Below are positions 48,116 through 57,346 of a stretch of 64,000 bases of DNA, one piece after another (position 1 is the first letter of the stretch; every line of letters starts with the position of its first letter). The notes beneath the pieces were generated by a model, which did no database searches, was not told where the DNA came from, and worked only from the letters and a program-made list of their open reading frames with translations. The stretch is from Thermoanaerobaculia bacterium (GTDB lineage Bacteria; Acidobacteriota; Thermoanaerobaculia; Gp7-AA8), in the NCBI GenBank assembly GCA_046594105.1, contig JBKJQB010000010.1:14096-78095 (forward strand), read 5' to 3'. Both the position numbers and the translations under genes were made by a program.

Positions 48116-49329
48116 GCACCGCCCTCCTCGTCTGTCCCGAGCCCCTCGGGCATCGACAGCCGGCAGGGATCGGCATCCGTTTCCTGGAAATGGCTCGCGT
48201 GCTACGGGAAGACGGCCATTCCATCATCCTGCTGACTCCAGATGGCGCCGGTGTGGCCGGATATCAGACCGCCACCCTCACGCCGCAGTCACTGCGGGAT
48301 TGCTCGGCACGCGCGGACGTCGCAGTGGTCCAGGGACACGTCGCCAATGAGCTCTGGGCGCATGGCTCGGTAATTCCCACGGTGGTCGATCTCTACGATC
48401 CGTTCATCGTCGAGAACCTGCACTACTACACCACTCGGGGGTCTGAGGTTTTTGCTCACGATCACCAGACCTTGATGGCGTCGCTGCGCCGGGGCGACCT
48501 TTTCCTCTGCGCCTCCTCCTCCCAGCGATTCTTCTATCTGGGGATGCTGCTGGCTGCCGGAAGACTGAACCCCATCAGTTTTGAATCGGACCCCACGCTG
48601 CAGTCGCTCCTTCGCCTTGCGCCATTCGGGGTCAGTCCGGCGATCCATCGCACCGGCGCGGAGCCGGACCGTACGGCCGTGCTCTTCGGAGGAATCTACG
48701 ACTGGTACGACCCGATTCTCGCCATCGATGCCGTTGTGCTGGCGCGGCGCGAGATCTCCGACCTGTCCATCACCTTCACCACGCATCCCAATCCATCCAG
48801 CACTCCGCAGAGCCGAACCGCCCAGGCCATCGCGCACGCCGACCGCCATGGGTACGGCCAGTTCGTGCACTTCCGGCCGTGGGTTCCCTACGAGGCCCGG
48901 GCTGAGTTCTACGCCGATTTCTCGGTTGCCCTGCTGACGTTTTCCCCCTCGCTGGAGACGGATCTCTCCATGCGGACACGCGTGTACGACTACCTCTGGG
49001 CAGGGCTTCCAGTGGTCACCAGCTCCGCGCCGGGAACGGATGAAATCATCGAACGATACCGGGCCGGTTCCGTCGTGAGCGGCGGATCCGCGTCAACTTT
49101 TGCCGAGGCTCTGGTGCGGACCATCGCCGATCGCCAATCGACGCAGCCAGGCCTCCGGGAGTTCGTCCGCGATCACCAGTGGGAGAAGACCCTTTCGCCG
49201 CTCGTTGAGTTCGTCCGCTCACCTCGAATGGATCCGACCAAACGGACTTTCGCGACAGCGTCGTCGCTTCCGAAACAGGCGGCCTCCGTCCTCCACCGGC
49301 TTCGCCGGCGCATGGGAGGCCGGTCCTGA
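48112..49329 (+). CDS. GT4-family (GT-B fold) glycosyltransferase
   Basis: TTG start overlaps the upstream stop (TTGA). C-terminal GT4 block YDYLWAGLPVVTSSAPGTDEII (E-x7-E region). Confidence 0.7.
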   Translation: MSTALLVCPEPLGHRQPAGIGIRFLEMARVLREDGHSIILLTPDGAGVAGYQTATLTPQSLRDCSARADVAVVQGHVANELWAHGSVIPTVVDLYDPFIVENLHYYTTRGSEVFAHDHQTLMASLRRGDLFLCASSSQRFFYLGMLLAAGRLNPISFESDPTLQSLLRLAPFGVSPAIHRTGAEPDRTAVLFGGIYDWYDPILAIDAVVLARREISDLSITFTTHPNPSSTPQSRTAQAIAHADRHGYGQFVHFRPWVPYEARAEFYADFSVALLTFSPSLETDLSMRTRVYDYLWAGLPVVTSSAPGTDEIIERYRAGSVVSGGSASTFAEALVRTIADRQSTQPGLREFVRDHQWEKTLSPLVEFVRSPRMDPTKRTFATASSLPKQAASVLHRLRRRMGGRS

Positions 49330-50522
49330 GCGATCCCCTGGTCGACATCATCATCGTCAACTGGAACAGCCGTCAGGACACCCTGGCCTGCCTGGAAGCT
49401 GCGGACGCGCAGCTTCGCGAGGTTCCAGGCTCCGTGATTACGGTGGTCGACAACGGCTCCACGGACGGAAGCATCGGCGCGATTGCAGAGCGCTATCCAC
49501 AGGTACGGCTCCTCCCTCTTGGTGAGAATCGCGGCTTCACCGGTGGGCTGGCCGCGGCGCTGGTCCGATCGCGGGCAACCTCGGTGATTTTTCTGAACAA
49601 CGATGCCATCCCTGAGCGGGGATGGCTTGCCGCCCTGGTCGGCGCGCTGGAGCGGTCGCCGCAGGACGTCATCTCCATCGGTGGAAAGATCGTCGATCTG
49701 TCCGGGCAGCTCATCGATTTCATCGGAGGAGCGCTTACCTTCGACGGGCACGCCTTCCAGTCTGGATTTCGCTACCCGCTGGCCTCACGCACCGGACCTT
49801 CGGCAGGTGATGAGATTCTCTTCGCCTGCGGAGGAAACATGATCTCTCGCCGCGAACCCTTCATGAGGCTGGGGGGATTCGACGACGACTACTTTGCGTA
49901 CCTGGAGGACGTGGACTTTGGCTGGCGCTCCTGGCTGTCCGGCTTCCGCGTTGTATACGAGCCCGCGGCTGTGGTCCGCCACGCATCGAGCGCCACCAGC
50001 CAGCGCCTTGGCGATTTTGAACGGGGTGTGTTGTTCGAGCGGAATGCCCTGCAGACCGCTCTGAAAAATTTCGAGGATCTCCGCGAGGCTGGCGGCTCCC
50101 TCTTCTTCTCGTTCCTTTCCCGTCTGCACCATTACGCAAGCACGCGGAATCCACGAGCCAGGGAACTGACCCGGCCGCCATTCGCGTCCGCGGCGCCGCC
50201 CCGCGCCGGCAGTTGGACCTCGCGAATCCGCAACAGGATCTTCGGCCGCCCCCCGCTGGCCACCATCGACGACCCGCTCACGGTGATGCAGTTCCGCGCG
50301 CTTCACTGGGTGGCGTCCAACACGCAGCGTATTGCGGAAAAGAGGCAGGAGGTTCAGCGCCGGCGTACCCGCAGCGATCGCGAGATCTTCGAGAAATTTC
50401 CCCTCTATCTCGTACCTACCTATCCCGGCGACGAAGGAATGATGGCGGGCGCTCTGTTCCAAATGCTTCTACCAGAGCTGCCCGCGGTCGAAAAAACGCT
50501 GGCCGATATCATGAAGACATGA
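49326..50522 (+). CDS. GT2-family glycosyltransferase
   Basis: Conserved N-terminus DIIIVNWNSRQDTLACLEA...VVDNGSTDGS and DxD (YLEDVD). The first canonical start (GTG 49434) would cut off the conserved beta-1 strand, so start is placed at CTG 49326 overlapping the GT4 stop (cTGA). N-terminus unresolved. Confidence 0.65.
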   Translation: MSDPLVDIIIVNWNSRQDTLACLEAADAQLREVPGSVITVVDNGSTDGSIGAIAERYPQVRLLPLGENRGFTGGLAAALVRSRATSVIFLNNDAIPERGWLAALVGALERSPQDVISIGGKIVDLSGQLIDFIGGALTFDGHAFQSGFRYPLASRTGPSAGDEILFACGGNMISRREPFMRLGGFDDDYFAYLEDVDFGWRSWLSGFRVVYEPAAVVRHASSATSQRLGDFERGVLFERNALQTALKNFEDLREAGGSLFFSFLSRLHHYASTRNPRARELTRPPFASAAPPRAGSWTSRIRNRIFGRPPLATIDDPLTVMQFRALHWVASNTQRIAEKRQEVQRRRTRSDREIFEKFPLYLVPTYPGDEGMMAGALFQMLLPELPAVEKTLADIMKT

Positions 50523-51412
50523 CCGGCAGTTCCTGGCGACAGCGCTTTCTGGTTCGCGGTGTCTTCTGGCGTCAGGGTCTGCGCTGGGGCATTCTCAACA
50601 TCCCGGTCTGGCTCGAACCGGCTGTCATCGCCTGGTGGTCGGCCTTCTTTCTGCTCTGGGGCCCGGGACGCCGAGGGGTCATGAGCAATCTTTCGGCAAT
50701 CAAACCGGGGTCGCTCGCCGTGAGCAACTTCTTCCGCTGCTACCGAGTCTTCTGGAACTACGCATGGACCATCTCCGACAACATCCGCCTCAAGGAACTG
50801 CGCGTGATCCCCGATTGGGAGTTTGAAGGATGGGAGCACTTTCAGGAGATGCAGTCCAGCACCGGCGCCATCCTCCTGACCGCCCACATGGGGAGCTACG
50901 ACCTCGGCGCGCAGCTGTTTTCCGAGATGTCCGCCCGGAATATCGTCATGGTACGCGCCCCGGAAATCGATCCAGAAACTCGGGCCTTCGAGGCGCAGCA
51001 GAGTGCTCGGGGAGTGCGGGTGGAGCTCAACACACAAGCTGGAGCGCTGGCCCTCGATCTCCTGGAAACGGTACGGGCCGGCGGCATCATCGCCATTCAG
51101 GGTGACCGCGTGACACCAGGCATCGGCTTTCTCCAGGCCCAGCTGTTCGGGAAATCTGCACCGATTCCAGCAGGACCGTTCGCTCTGGCCATGTCGGGAC
51201 GTGTCCCCATCTACCCGATTTTCGTCGTCCGCACCGGCCGCAGCCGCTATCGGCTCATCACCCGGCCACCGATCGAGGTTGTGCGCACACGGGATCGTGA
51301 CCAGGACTTTGCGCGCGCTGCCGAAAAATGGACGGTGGAACTTGAGGATCTCATCCGGAGGAGCTGGTTCCAATGGTTCCAGTTCGAACCATTTTCTGTG
51401 GAGCTGCGGTAG
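50519..51412 (+). CDS. Lysophospholipid/lipid-A-type acyltransferase (LPLAT, HtrB/LpxL/PatA-like)
   Basis: ATGA overlap with the upstream gene. N-terminal TM. HX4D acyltransferase motif LTAHMGSYDLG. ~297 aa. Confidence 0.6.
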   Translation: MTGSSWRQRFLVRGVFWRQGLRWGILNIPVWLEPAVIAWWSAFFLLWGPGRRGVMSNLSAIKPGSLAVSNFFRCYRVFWNYAWTISDNIRLKELRVIPDWEFEGWEHFQEMQSSTGAILLTAHMGSYDLGAQLFSEMSARNIVMVRAPEIDPETRAFEAQQSARGVRVELNTQAGALALDLLETVRAGGIIAIQGDRVTPGIGFLQAQLFGKSAPIPAGPFALAMSGRVPIYPIFVVRTGRSRYRLITRPPIEVVRTRDRDQDFARAAEKWTVELEDLIRRSWFQWFQFEPFSVELR

Positions 51413-51981
51413 TGAAAGTGATTCGCGACCAGCCCTACGCGCGATGGTTTCCTTCGCGAAGGCGTTTCGCACTGACGAAGATTCTTGCGTTCGCCTTACT
51501 CAGGACGCTCAGTTCCAACGGAGCGCCGGCACCATCCGATACGGCCGGAGGAAAGCGCATCGTCCTGGGCCTCGATCGTGATCACGACTCGTTCGAGATC
51601 TACTCGGCGGCCAGCCTTCACTTCGTGGTCCTCACCTGTTTCATGGCCTCCTTCATCCCGCTGCCCCCTCCACTCTCGATCCTGCTGGCGGCATTTTTTG
51701 AGCCTCTGCTCGCGCTGCTCCTCTGTTTTGCCGGCGCGCTGGTCATGTCCCGCTGGACCGCCCTCCGAGGTCGCAGCAGGGTGGGCTTCGCGCCTGGGAA
51801 CTCCGTCGTTCTCATGGCGCTGGCAATCGCGGCTTCGTTCTATCTCCTGTGGCGGAACGGATGGGCCGCGCCGGTCGGTGGATTGTTTTTGACGATCGTC
51901 ATCATTAACGCGATCGCTTCGATCGCCGTGCGCTTCCTGCAGCCCACGATCGCCAGATTGGAGGAACGGTGCGTCGCCTGA
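51412..51981 (+). CDS. Hypothetical polytopic membrane protein (~4 TM)
   Basis: GTG start overlapping the upstream TAG by 1 nt. Four hydrophobic helices. No recognisable family. Confidence 0.4.
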   Translation: MKVIRDQPYARWFPSRRRFALTKILAFALLRTLSSNGAPAPSDTAGGKRIVLGLDRDHDSFEIYSAASLHFVVLTCFMASFIPLPPPLSILLAAFFEPLLALLLCFAGALVMSRWTALRGRSRVGFAPGNSVVLMALAIAASFYLLWRNGWAAPVGGLFLTIVIINAIASIAVRFLQPTIARLEERCVA

Positions 51982-52724
51982 TTCTTGGCTTCGCCATCGC
52001 CGCACCAATTCTGCTGGTGGTGGTCTGGCCCTTCTCGAAGATTCTGGCGATCGGCATCCTGGCCGCCTCGCATGCGCTCCTCTTGTACCCGACCCTCCGC
52101 CCGAACGTCCAGTGGCTGGGGCCTGTGATCACGAGCTTCCGGCCGGAAGGAAAACAGGTTTGGCTCACCATCGACGATGGACCTTGCGATGACACAGAAG
52201 GGTTGCTCGATGAGCTGGAGACGCGCGGCGTGAAAGCAACGTTTTTCGTCAAGGGAAGCCTGGCCCGATTGCGACCGGACCTGATCACGATGACTCTGGC
52301 GCGGGGCCACGCCATCGCCAACCACTCCGATACGCATCCCGCCGCCTCGTTCTGGTGCCTTCCGCCCGGCAGGATCGCCCATGAAATCGATCGATGCAGC
52401 GAGGCCATCCGATCCATCGCCGGCCGCGACCCCCACCTGTTTCGCGCACCGGTAGGAATGAAGAATCCCGCCGTGCATCCGCTGCTTGCTCGCAGGAAGA
52501 TGCGACTGGTCGGCTGGAGCATCCGCGGCTTCGACTCCATCGCTCGCGAGGTCGCACCGGTGATCCGGAGAATCGTTCCCAGGGTTCGGCCCGGCTCCAT
52601 CATCGTGATGCACCAGGGTCGATCGATCTCCATCGCCTGCATCACCGGAGTGGTGGACGCGCTGATCTTGCAGGGCTACTCGTTCGTCATCCCGGCAGAG
52701 GATCGCCTGAACACCAGCAGGTAG
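51969..52724 (+). CDS. Polysaccharide deacetylase (CE4/NodB homology domain) with N-terminal TM anchor
   Basis: NodB motifs TIDDGP (MT1), HSDTHP (MT2), RAPVG (MT3). 251 aa. Overlaps the upstream gene by 13 nt. Confidence 0.8.
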   Translation: MRRLILGFAIAAPILLVVVWPFSKILAIGILAASHALLLYPTLRPNVQWLGPVITSFRPEGKQVWLTIDDGPCDDTEGLLDELETRGVKATFFVKGSLARLRPDLITMTLARGHAIANHSDTHPAASFWCLPPGRIAHEIDRCSEAIRSIAGRDPHLFRAPVGMKNPAVHPLLARRKMRLVGWSIRGFDSIAREVAPVIRRIVPRVRPGSIIVMHQGRSISIACITGVVDALILQGYSFVIPAEDRLNTSR

Positions 52725-53344
52725 TTGTTGAAGGGCGTCCTGCCCCAGAGCGGCGTGACCGTTGCCGTGAACTGGTCTTTTGGGAACATCTTCCGGATCG
52801 ACTCCTGCGTCGGGAATTCGAGCCTCTCTGCGCGCAGCCATCGAGTGGCCCGGGCAAAGGCTTCGGCCAGCCAGGTGACCCCGAATCGCCAGGACTCATC
52901 GCGGATCGCGTCGCGGAGAATGGCCACTCCGCCCGGCGCCACAGAATCGGCGACCTTGCGCAGAATGACTGCCTGCTCCTGCTGCGTAAAGTAATGAAGT
53001 ACATCCAGCATGACCACGCTGCCGGAAAAACCAGGAAGCTCCCGGATGTCGCCCTCCCGGAATTGCAGATGCTCACTGGGCCGAACCATCCGTTCGGCCA
53101 CGTCGATTTTGCGGCGGTCGTGGTCGATCCCCTCGATGGCAACAGTCAAACCATGTTCGCGCAGAAAAAAAGCGAGGACGCCGGCGCCGCATCCGAGATC
53201 AAGAATCGGGTTTCGCACGTCTCGGAGATTTTCCAGCACAGCGCGATAAACGGGATCGGTGCGAATCTTGGTACGGACGTACGAGCGCAGAAAGTGTGAC
53301 GGATATCGGGCTGCCACCTTTGCTGCGATGTCGTCGGAGCTCAC
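52676..53344 (-). CDS. Class I SAM-dependent methyltransferase
   Basis: Motif I ILDLGCGAGVLAFFL and the post-I acidic residue (GIDHD). 222 aa. Its 3' end overlaps the convergent deacetylase gene by 49 nt. Confidence 0.75.
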   Translation of the reverse strand: MSSDDIAAKVAARYPSHFLRSYVRTKIRTDPVYRAVLENLRDVRNPILDLGCGAGVLAFFLREHGLTVAIEGIDHDRRKIDVAERMVRPSEHLQFREGDIRELPGFSGSVVMLDVLHYFTQQEQAVILRKVADSVAPGGVAILRDAIRDESWRFGVTWLAEAFARATRWLRAERLEFPTQESIRKMFPKDQFTATVTPLWGRTPFNNYLLVFRRSSAGMTNE

Positions 53345-53775
53345 GGAGAGAGATGCTCGATCAAGTCGATCAGCTCCGGAAGGTTGAAGGGCTTCGGGAG
53401 AATTGCCGAAACACCCATCTGCAGCACTGCTTGCGGGTCGATCCGCAGATGAGCGGAGACCACGATGATCGGAGTTTTGCCGAGTTGGCCCGTTTCCTTG
53501 AGCCGTGCCAGAAAGTCCCAGCCGTTCACGTCCGGCATGGCCAGATCCAGCAGAACCACGTGCGGCTGGTGGAGCGTCAACGCCCGATGCCCCTCCCCCC
53601 CGTCTCCCGCCAGCAGAACCTGAAAACCATGCTGGCGCAGCGCCGCTGCGAGCATTCCTCGGAGGGGAAGATCGTCGTCGATCACAAGAATCCGCTTGCG
53701 ATCGACATCGGCGACCTGCTTCGCCCCTGCGCTGTTCTGAGGCTCCATCTGACTCATCGAAAGGCTCGTTCCCAC
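53341..53775 (-). CDS. Single-domain CheY-like response regulator (receiver only)
   Basis: ILVIDDD...VVLLDLAMPDVNG...PIIVVSA has the phospho-acceptor Asp and acidic pocket. No output domain. Confidence 0.8.
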   Translation of the reverse strand: MGTSLSMSQMEPQNSAGAKQVADVDRKRILVIDDDLPLRGMLAAALRQHGFQVLLAGDGGEGHRALTLHQPHVVLLDLAMPDVNGWDFLARLKETGQLGKTPIIVVSAHLRIDPQAVLQMGVSAILPKPFNLPELIDLIEHLSP

Positions 53776-53809
53776 TGCTGCTGAGACCGTTATGCAGGGA
53801 CAGCGCCAG

Positions 53810-54835
53810 TCAGAAGAGGTCGGAGTCGCCCATCGTGTAATAAAGCCGATCCCGCATCATCGCCACGGCATCCGCCACCTCGAAAGGAACACACATCAGG
53901 GAGAGGTCCTGCGGTTCGGGCCCCGTCATGAAACCCAGATCGTCGAGGACCGCGCTGAACCACTGCGGGTGCCGCGGAAACCAGCCCTCAACCTGATCGA
54001 CAGGATATCCGGGCACCACATGCCGGAGCATGACCGAGACGGCCGCCGGAACCTCAGGATCGAACAGCGCGTCTCCCCACACCAGGCTCCTGCCCAGCAC
54101 TCGAAAGACCGACCAGCCGACCAGTCGACGCCACCGGCGGATGGCGATCACGAAGTAGGTAGTATCCGGACAATCGAAGTAGCGCCATTGAACATAGCGG
54201 GCATCGCGTCGCACCAGGACACCGTAGGCCGGGCGAACGCGATCGAAGAATTCATCGAGCTCGCTGCCGCTCTGTCTCAGAAGCTCCAGGCGGTACCCCT
54301 TCGCTTTGCGCGCCCAGCGTGAAAGCTTCGGCACCGGGTTTCGGGAGAGATCCCGTGCCCGCCAGGCCACCGGCGCGACGCGGTCACTCCTCAGGAAGCG
54401 CAGCGAAAACCGCTGAATGTTCGCGACGTTGAATCCATAGTTGAAGGCAACCTTCTGCTCACAGAATCTCTGGTAGAAGTCGAGGGCAGTTCTGCCAAGA
54501 ACGCTGCTCGGGCCGCGTCCTAAATGCCGCACCGAAGGCCGGGTCATGGTGTCGCCGATCTGATGCACCGACAGGAGCTGGTTGTCCCACTGCAAGGGTA
54601 CGGCGTAACCCGCGTAGTGACCCGCCAGCGTGCCGGCTTCGTCGAACGTGAGGCTGATGTGCCCCGCGCCAAACGGATCCTGTTCGTACTTCCAGCGGAA
54701 GTGATCAGTGCTTCGGGGAGCATGAGGAAAGCAGCGTGCGAACAGATCGAGGATGGCCGGAACATCACGTGCTTCAAAGCCGCGGGTGATGAGGGCTGGA
54801 GGACCGCCCGGCGCATCGACGGATTCAGCGGGCAT
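53810..54835 (-). CDS. FemAB/BioF2-like GNAT-fold acyltransferase (Acetyltransf_6-like)
   Basis: ~340 aa with ...FFDRVRPAYGVLVRRDARYVQWRYFDCP... typical of the FemAB-like GNAT family found in polysaccharide loci. Assignment from fold-level motif memory only. Confidence 0.5.
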   Translation of the reverse strand: MPAESVDAPGGPPALITRGFEARDVPAILDLFARCFPHAPRSTDHFRWKYEQDPFGAGHISLTFDEAGTLAGHYAGYAVPLQWDNQLLSVHQIGDTMTRPSVRHLGRGPSSVLGRTALDFYQRFCEQKVAFNYGFNVANIQRFSLRFLRSDRVAPVAWRARDLSRNPVPKLSRWARKAKGYRLELLRQSGSELDEFFDRVRPAYGVLVRRDARYVQWRYFDCPDTTYFVIAIRRWRRLVGWSVFRVLGRSLVWGDALFDPEVPAAVSVMLRHVVPGYPVDQVEGWFPRHPQWFSAVLDDLGFMTGPEPQDLSLMCVPFEVADAVAMMRDRLYYTMGDSDLF

Positions 54836-56321
54836 GCGTCGGCTCGACGGAGCGGATCGGTCGGAATTCGTGCGGAGATCCAGCTCGCCGTTTTGCCACG
54901 ATCCGGATGGAACCCGACCCAACCAGCAGAGGATCGGGAAGGACCCGCAGCACAGCTCGCACCATTCCTGTCACAGCAGGCCATTGCGACGAAGCGAGGT
55001 GGCGAAGAAATTTGTGATCCCGGTACTCCATCTCCGGGCCAACTGTCAGGACCTCAAAGCCGGAGTGCTCGAGGAGCTCAATCAACGCCGATCGCGAATA
55101 CAGAATGGCGTGGGTGCGAAAACTCTGCGCCATCCATCGTCTGGCCGAGAACAGGAAGAGGAGACTCTCCGTATCAAAGGTACTCAGCAAGAGAACCCCG
55201 CCCGGCTTGAGCAGCTCCTTGATCCGCGACAGCGCATCGTGGGGATCGGGAAGCGTTTCGAACACATGATGAAGAGTGACCGCATCGAACGCCGGCCCGG
55301 TGTTGACGAATTTCGCGAGCGTTGAACAATAGACCTCCAGCCCTCGCGAGCGTGCAGAACGTGCAGCAGCAGCCGCTCGATCGATCCCCACGTACTCGAA
55401 GTCACGGGAGGCCGCATTTCCGAAGCTGCCATCTCGAACTCCGATCTCCAGCACCCTGGCCCTCGGGTTCAAATGACGGCGCAACGTCAATAGCCTCCGT
55501 CCGCTCGTCTTCTCGCGTGCGCTGGTGGTGGAACCGGTCTCCTCTGGATCGCGCTCCACCAGAGCCGAGCGAAGCTGGCGATGCACCGGAATGCCCTCGT
55601 CCTCACTGACGAGCTGGCTGCGATAGCGGCACTTGCAACGGCTGCAGGCACGGATCACATCCCCCGGAATCTGCGCACAGGTCCAGACCTCCGAGGAGAA
55701 ACAGATCGGGCATCTGCGCGGCGCGCGGTAGCTGTTCCTCCGATCAAGGATTCGTATGGTCAGCGCCGAGAGCACCTGCCCCAGGCTTTCCATGACCGAA
55801 AGACGCCGGCCCGCTGCGCCTTCGGCCAGATTCAATCGATCCACTCGAAATCCATACTTGTTCGCAAGGTAGGCGGCTTCGAGCCCGAAGCCATTTTTCA
55901 AACGCGACTCGCCGATGATGAATCGGGCGGCCTCCGCCGAGAACGCCTTCAAGCCCACCGTGGGATCCGGCAGTACGGGAACCAACAGCCACCTTAGAAG
56001 CAAGGGGGCGGATCCGTAGGTCTGGCGCGCGCCGAAGATCACATCCGCTGCTTCTGATTGGATGAGCGCAATGGCGTCGCCCACGGCGTCCGTAGCAAGA
56101 GCCTCGGTTTCATTCAGGATGACGATCACGTTGCCTTTCGCGTCCGGCCAGGCCGCACGGACAGCGGCACCCGGAGATCCACCATCACCGCCACCGACAT
56201 CGATGAGCTGAAAGGTCAGACCGGTGGCCTGGAGATAGCGTTCGAGAGTCTCCCCGGCCTTCATCGATCCCGCTGATCCGGAAACGGACGCGATGATCAG
56301 AGTGACCTCCGGCGACTTCAT
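54825..56321 (-). CDS. Three-module fusion: uncharacterized N-terminal domain (~200 aa), CxxC...CxxC zinc ribbon, class I SAM-dependent methyltransferase
   Basis: Zn ribbon CPICFSSEVWTCAQIPGDVIRACSRCKC. MTase motif I VLEIGVRDGSFG and motif II/III (VTLHHVFETL...GGVLLLSTFD). The N-terminal domain was not recognised. Confidence 0.6.
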   Translation of the reverse strand: MKSPEVTLIIASVSGSAGSMKAGETLERYLQATGLTFQLIDVGGGDGGSPGAAVRAAWPDAKGNVIVILNETEALATDAVGDAIALIQSEAADVIFGARQTYGSAPLLLRWLLVPVLPDPTVGLKAFSAEAARFIIGESRLKNGFGLEAAYLANKYGFRVDRLNLAEGAAGRRLSVMESLGQVLSALTIRILDRRNSYRAPRRCPICFSSEVWTCAQIPGDVIRACSRCKCRYRSQLVSEDEGIPVHRQLRSALVERDPEETGSTTSAREKTSGRRLLTLRRHLNPRARVLEIGVRDGSFGNAASRDFEYVGIDRAAAAARSARSRGLEVYCSTLAKFVNTGPAFDAVTLHHVFETLPDPHDALSRIKELLKPGGVLLLSTFDTESLLFLFSARRWMAQSFRTHAILYSRSALIELLEHSGFEVLTVGPEMEYRDHKFLRHLASSQWPAVTGMVRAVLRVLPDPLLVGSGSIRIVAKRRAGSPHEFRPIRSVEPTHAR

Positions 56322-57346
56322 TGGATCATTCTAGCTTTTGCGAACGCCGCGATCGAAACCCCACTCCTCCGGTCGACGATCCGCGCATACAACACCTCCC
56401 CCTGATAGCAGGCCCAGATGTCTTCTGGAATCGACACGGTTCGGGAGCTCGGGAAGAAGCCTGCCGCCGTATCGAACTCCGGAAATGGCGACGCCTCGAT
56501 CACCACCTCCTGGTCCGGCAGACGGATTCCGTCATCGGGGAAAAGGGCGAATACGGGCGTCGCGGCCAAAGGGCGTTCGAAGCGTTTCAGCAGCATTCCG
56601 GCAGAACCGTTCCACTTCTCGAGGTAGCGCGCCTCGGAGACCGCGTAAGAAGAGGCCGCCTCCTGCGAGCCGGCCGCACTCTGGTTGTAGAGATGACGGA
56701 CTTTGGCATCAGGGACGTAGAGGATGTCTCCCCGGATTCGCCGGAGGAAGTCATGCTCCTCGAAGTACAGCGGATACCGCTCGTCGAACCCACCGGCGGC
56801 ATCGAACACGGTCGCGCGAACAGCCATCACCGCTCCGGACAACGTGGGAACGACCGTGGGGACTGTCCGTGACCAGAAGGCGATCCTGCTCCGAGTTCGG
56901 CGCCGATCTCGGCTCCCGGCCCAACGACGCCATCGGCTCGCGGCAACGCGATCGAGAACTTGCGCTCGAGTATGAAGCTCCGCCGGCGGGAGCATCCACT
57001 GCAGCGCCTCGTCCCAGAAGAGAGCCGGTCCGGCCACCGCGGCGCCGGCGGCGAGCAGCCCATCGATGGATCCGGGTGCAAACCGCACGTCCGGGTTCGT
57101 GATCAGAAGGGTCTCCCCATCGCACCATCTTCGCCCTGCGTTGATCGCTCCGGCATAACCAAGGTTCCGATCAGCAGTCAGAATCTTGCCGGCGCCGCGA
57201 AGCGCCTCGGTCTCTGCCGGATCAACGCTGTTGTCAACGATCACCACTTGTAGCGAAGCGGAGTGCGCGGCCTGCGCGGTGGCGATCGCGTCCAGCGCCA
57301 GTCGCGCCGAGCGATAGTTGACGACGAGAAGGGAGCAGCTCGGCAT
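56318..57346 (-). CDS. GT2-family glycosyltransferase
   Basis: CSLLVVNYRSARLALDAI...VVIVDNSVDP...DxD-like (TNPDV). ~342 aa. 4-nt overlap with the downstream gene and 1-nt overlap with the upstream gene. Confidence 0.75.
   Translation of the reverse strand: MPSCSLLVVNYRSARLALDAIATAQAAHSASLQVVIVDNSVDPAETEALRGAGKILTADRNLGYAGAINAGRRWCDGETLLITNPDVRFAPGSIDGLLAAGAAVAGPALFWDEALQWMLPPAELHTRAQVLDRVAASRWRRWAGSRDRRRTRSRIAFWSRTVPTVVPTLSGAVMAVRATVFDAAGGFDERYPLYFEEHDFLRRIRGDILYVPDAKVRHLYNQSAAGSQEAASSYAVSEARYLEKWNGSAGMLLKRFERPLAATPVFALFPDDGIRLPDQEVVIEASPFPEFDTAAGFFPSSRTVSIPEDIWACYQGEVLYARIVDRRSGVSIAAFAKARMIQ

Noticed and set aside
50420-51472. 350-aa minus-strand ORF
   Set aside because: Antisense to the ATGA-coupled LPLAT acyltransferase gene, which has an HX4D motif.
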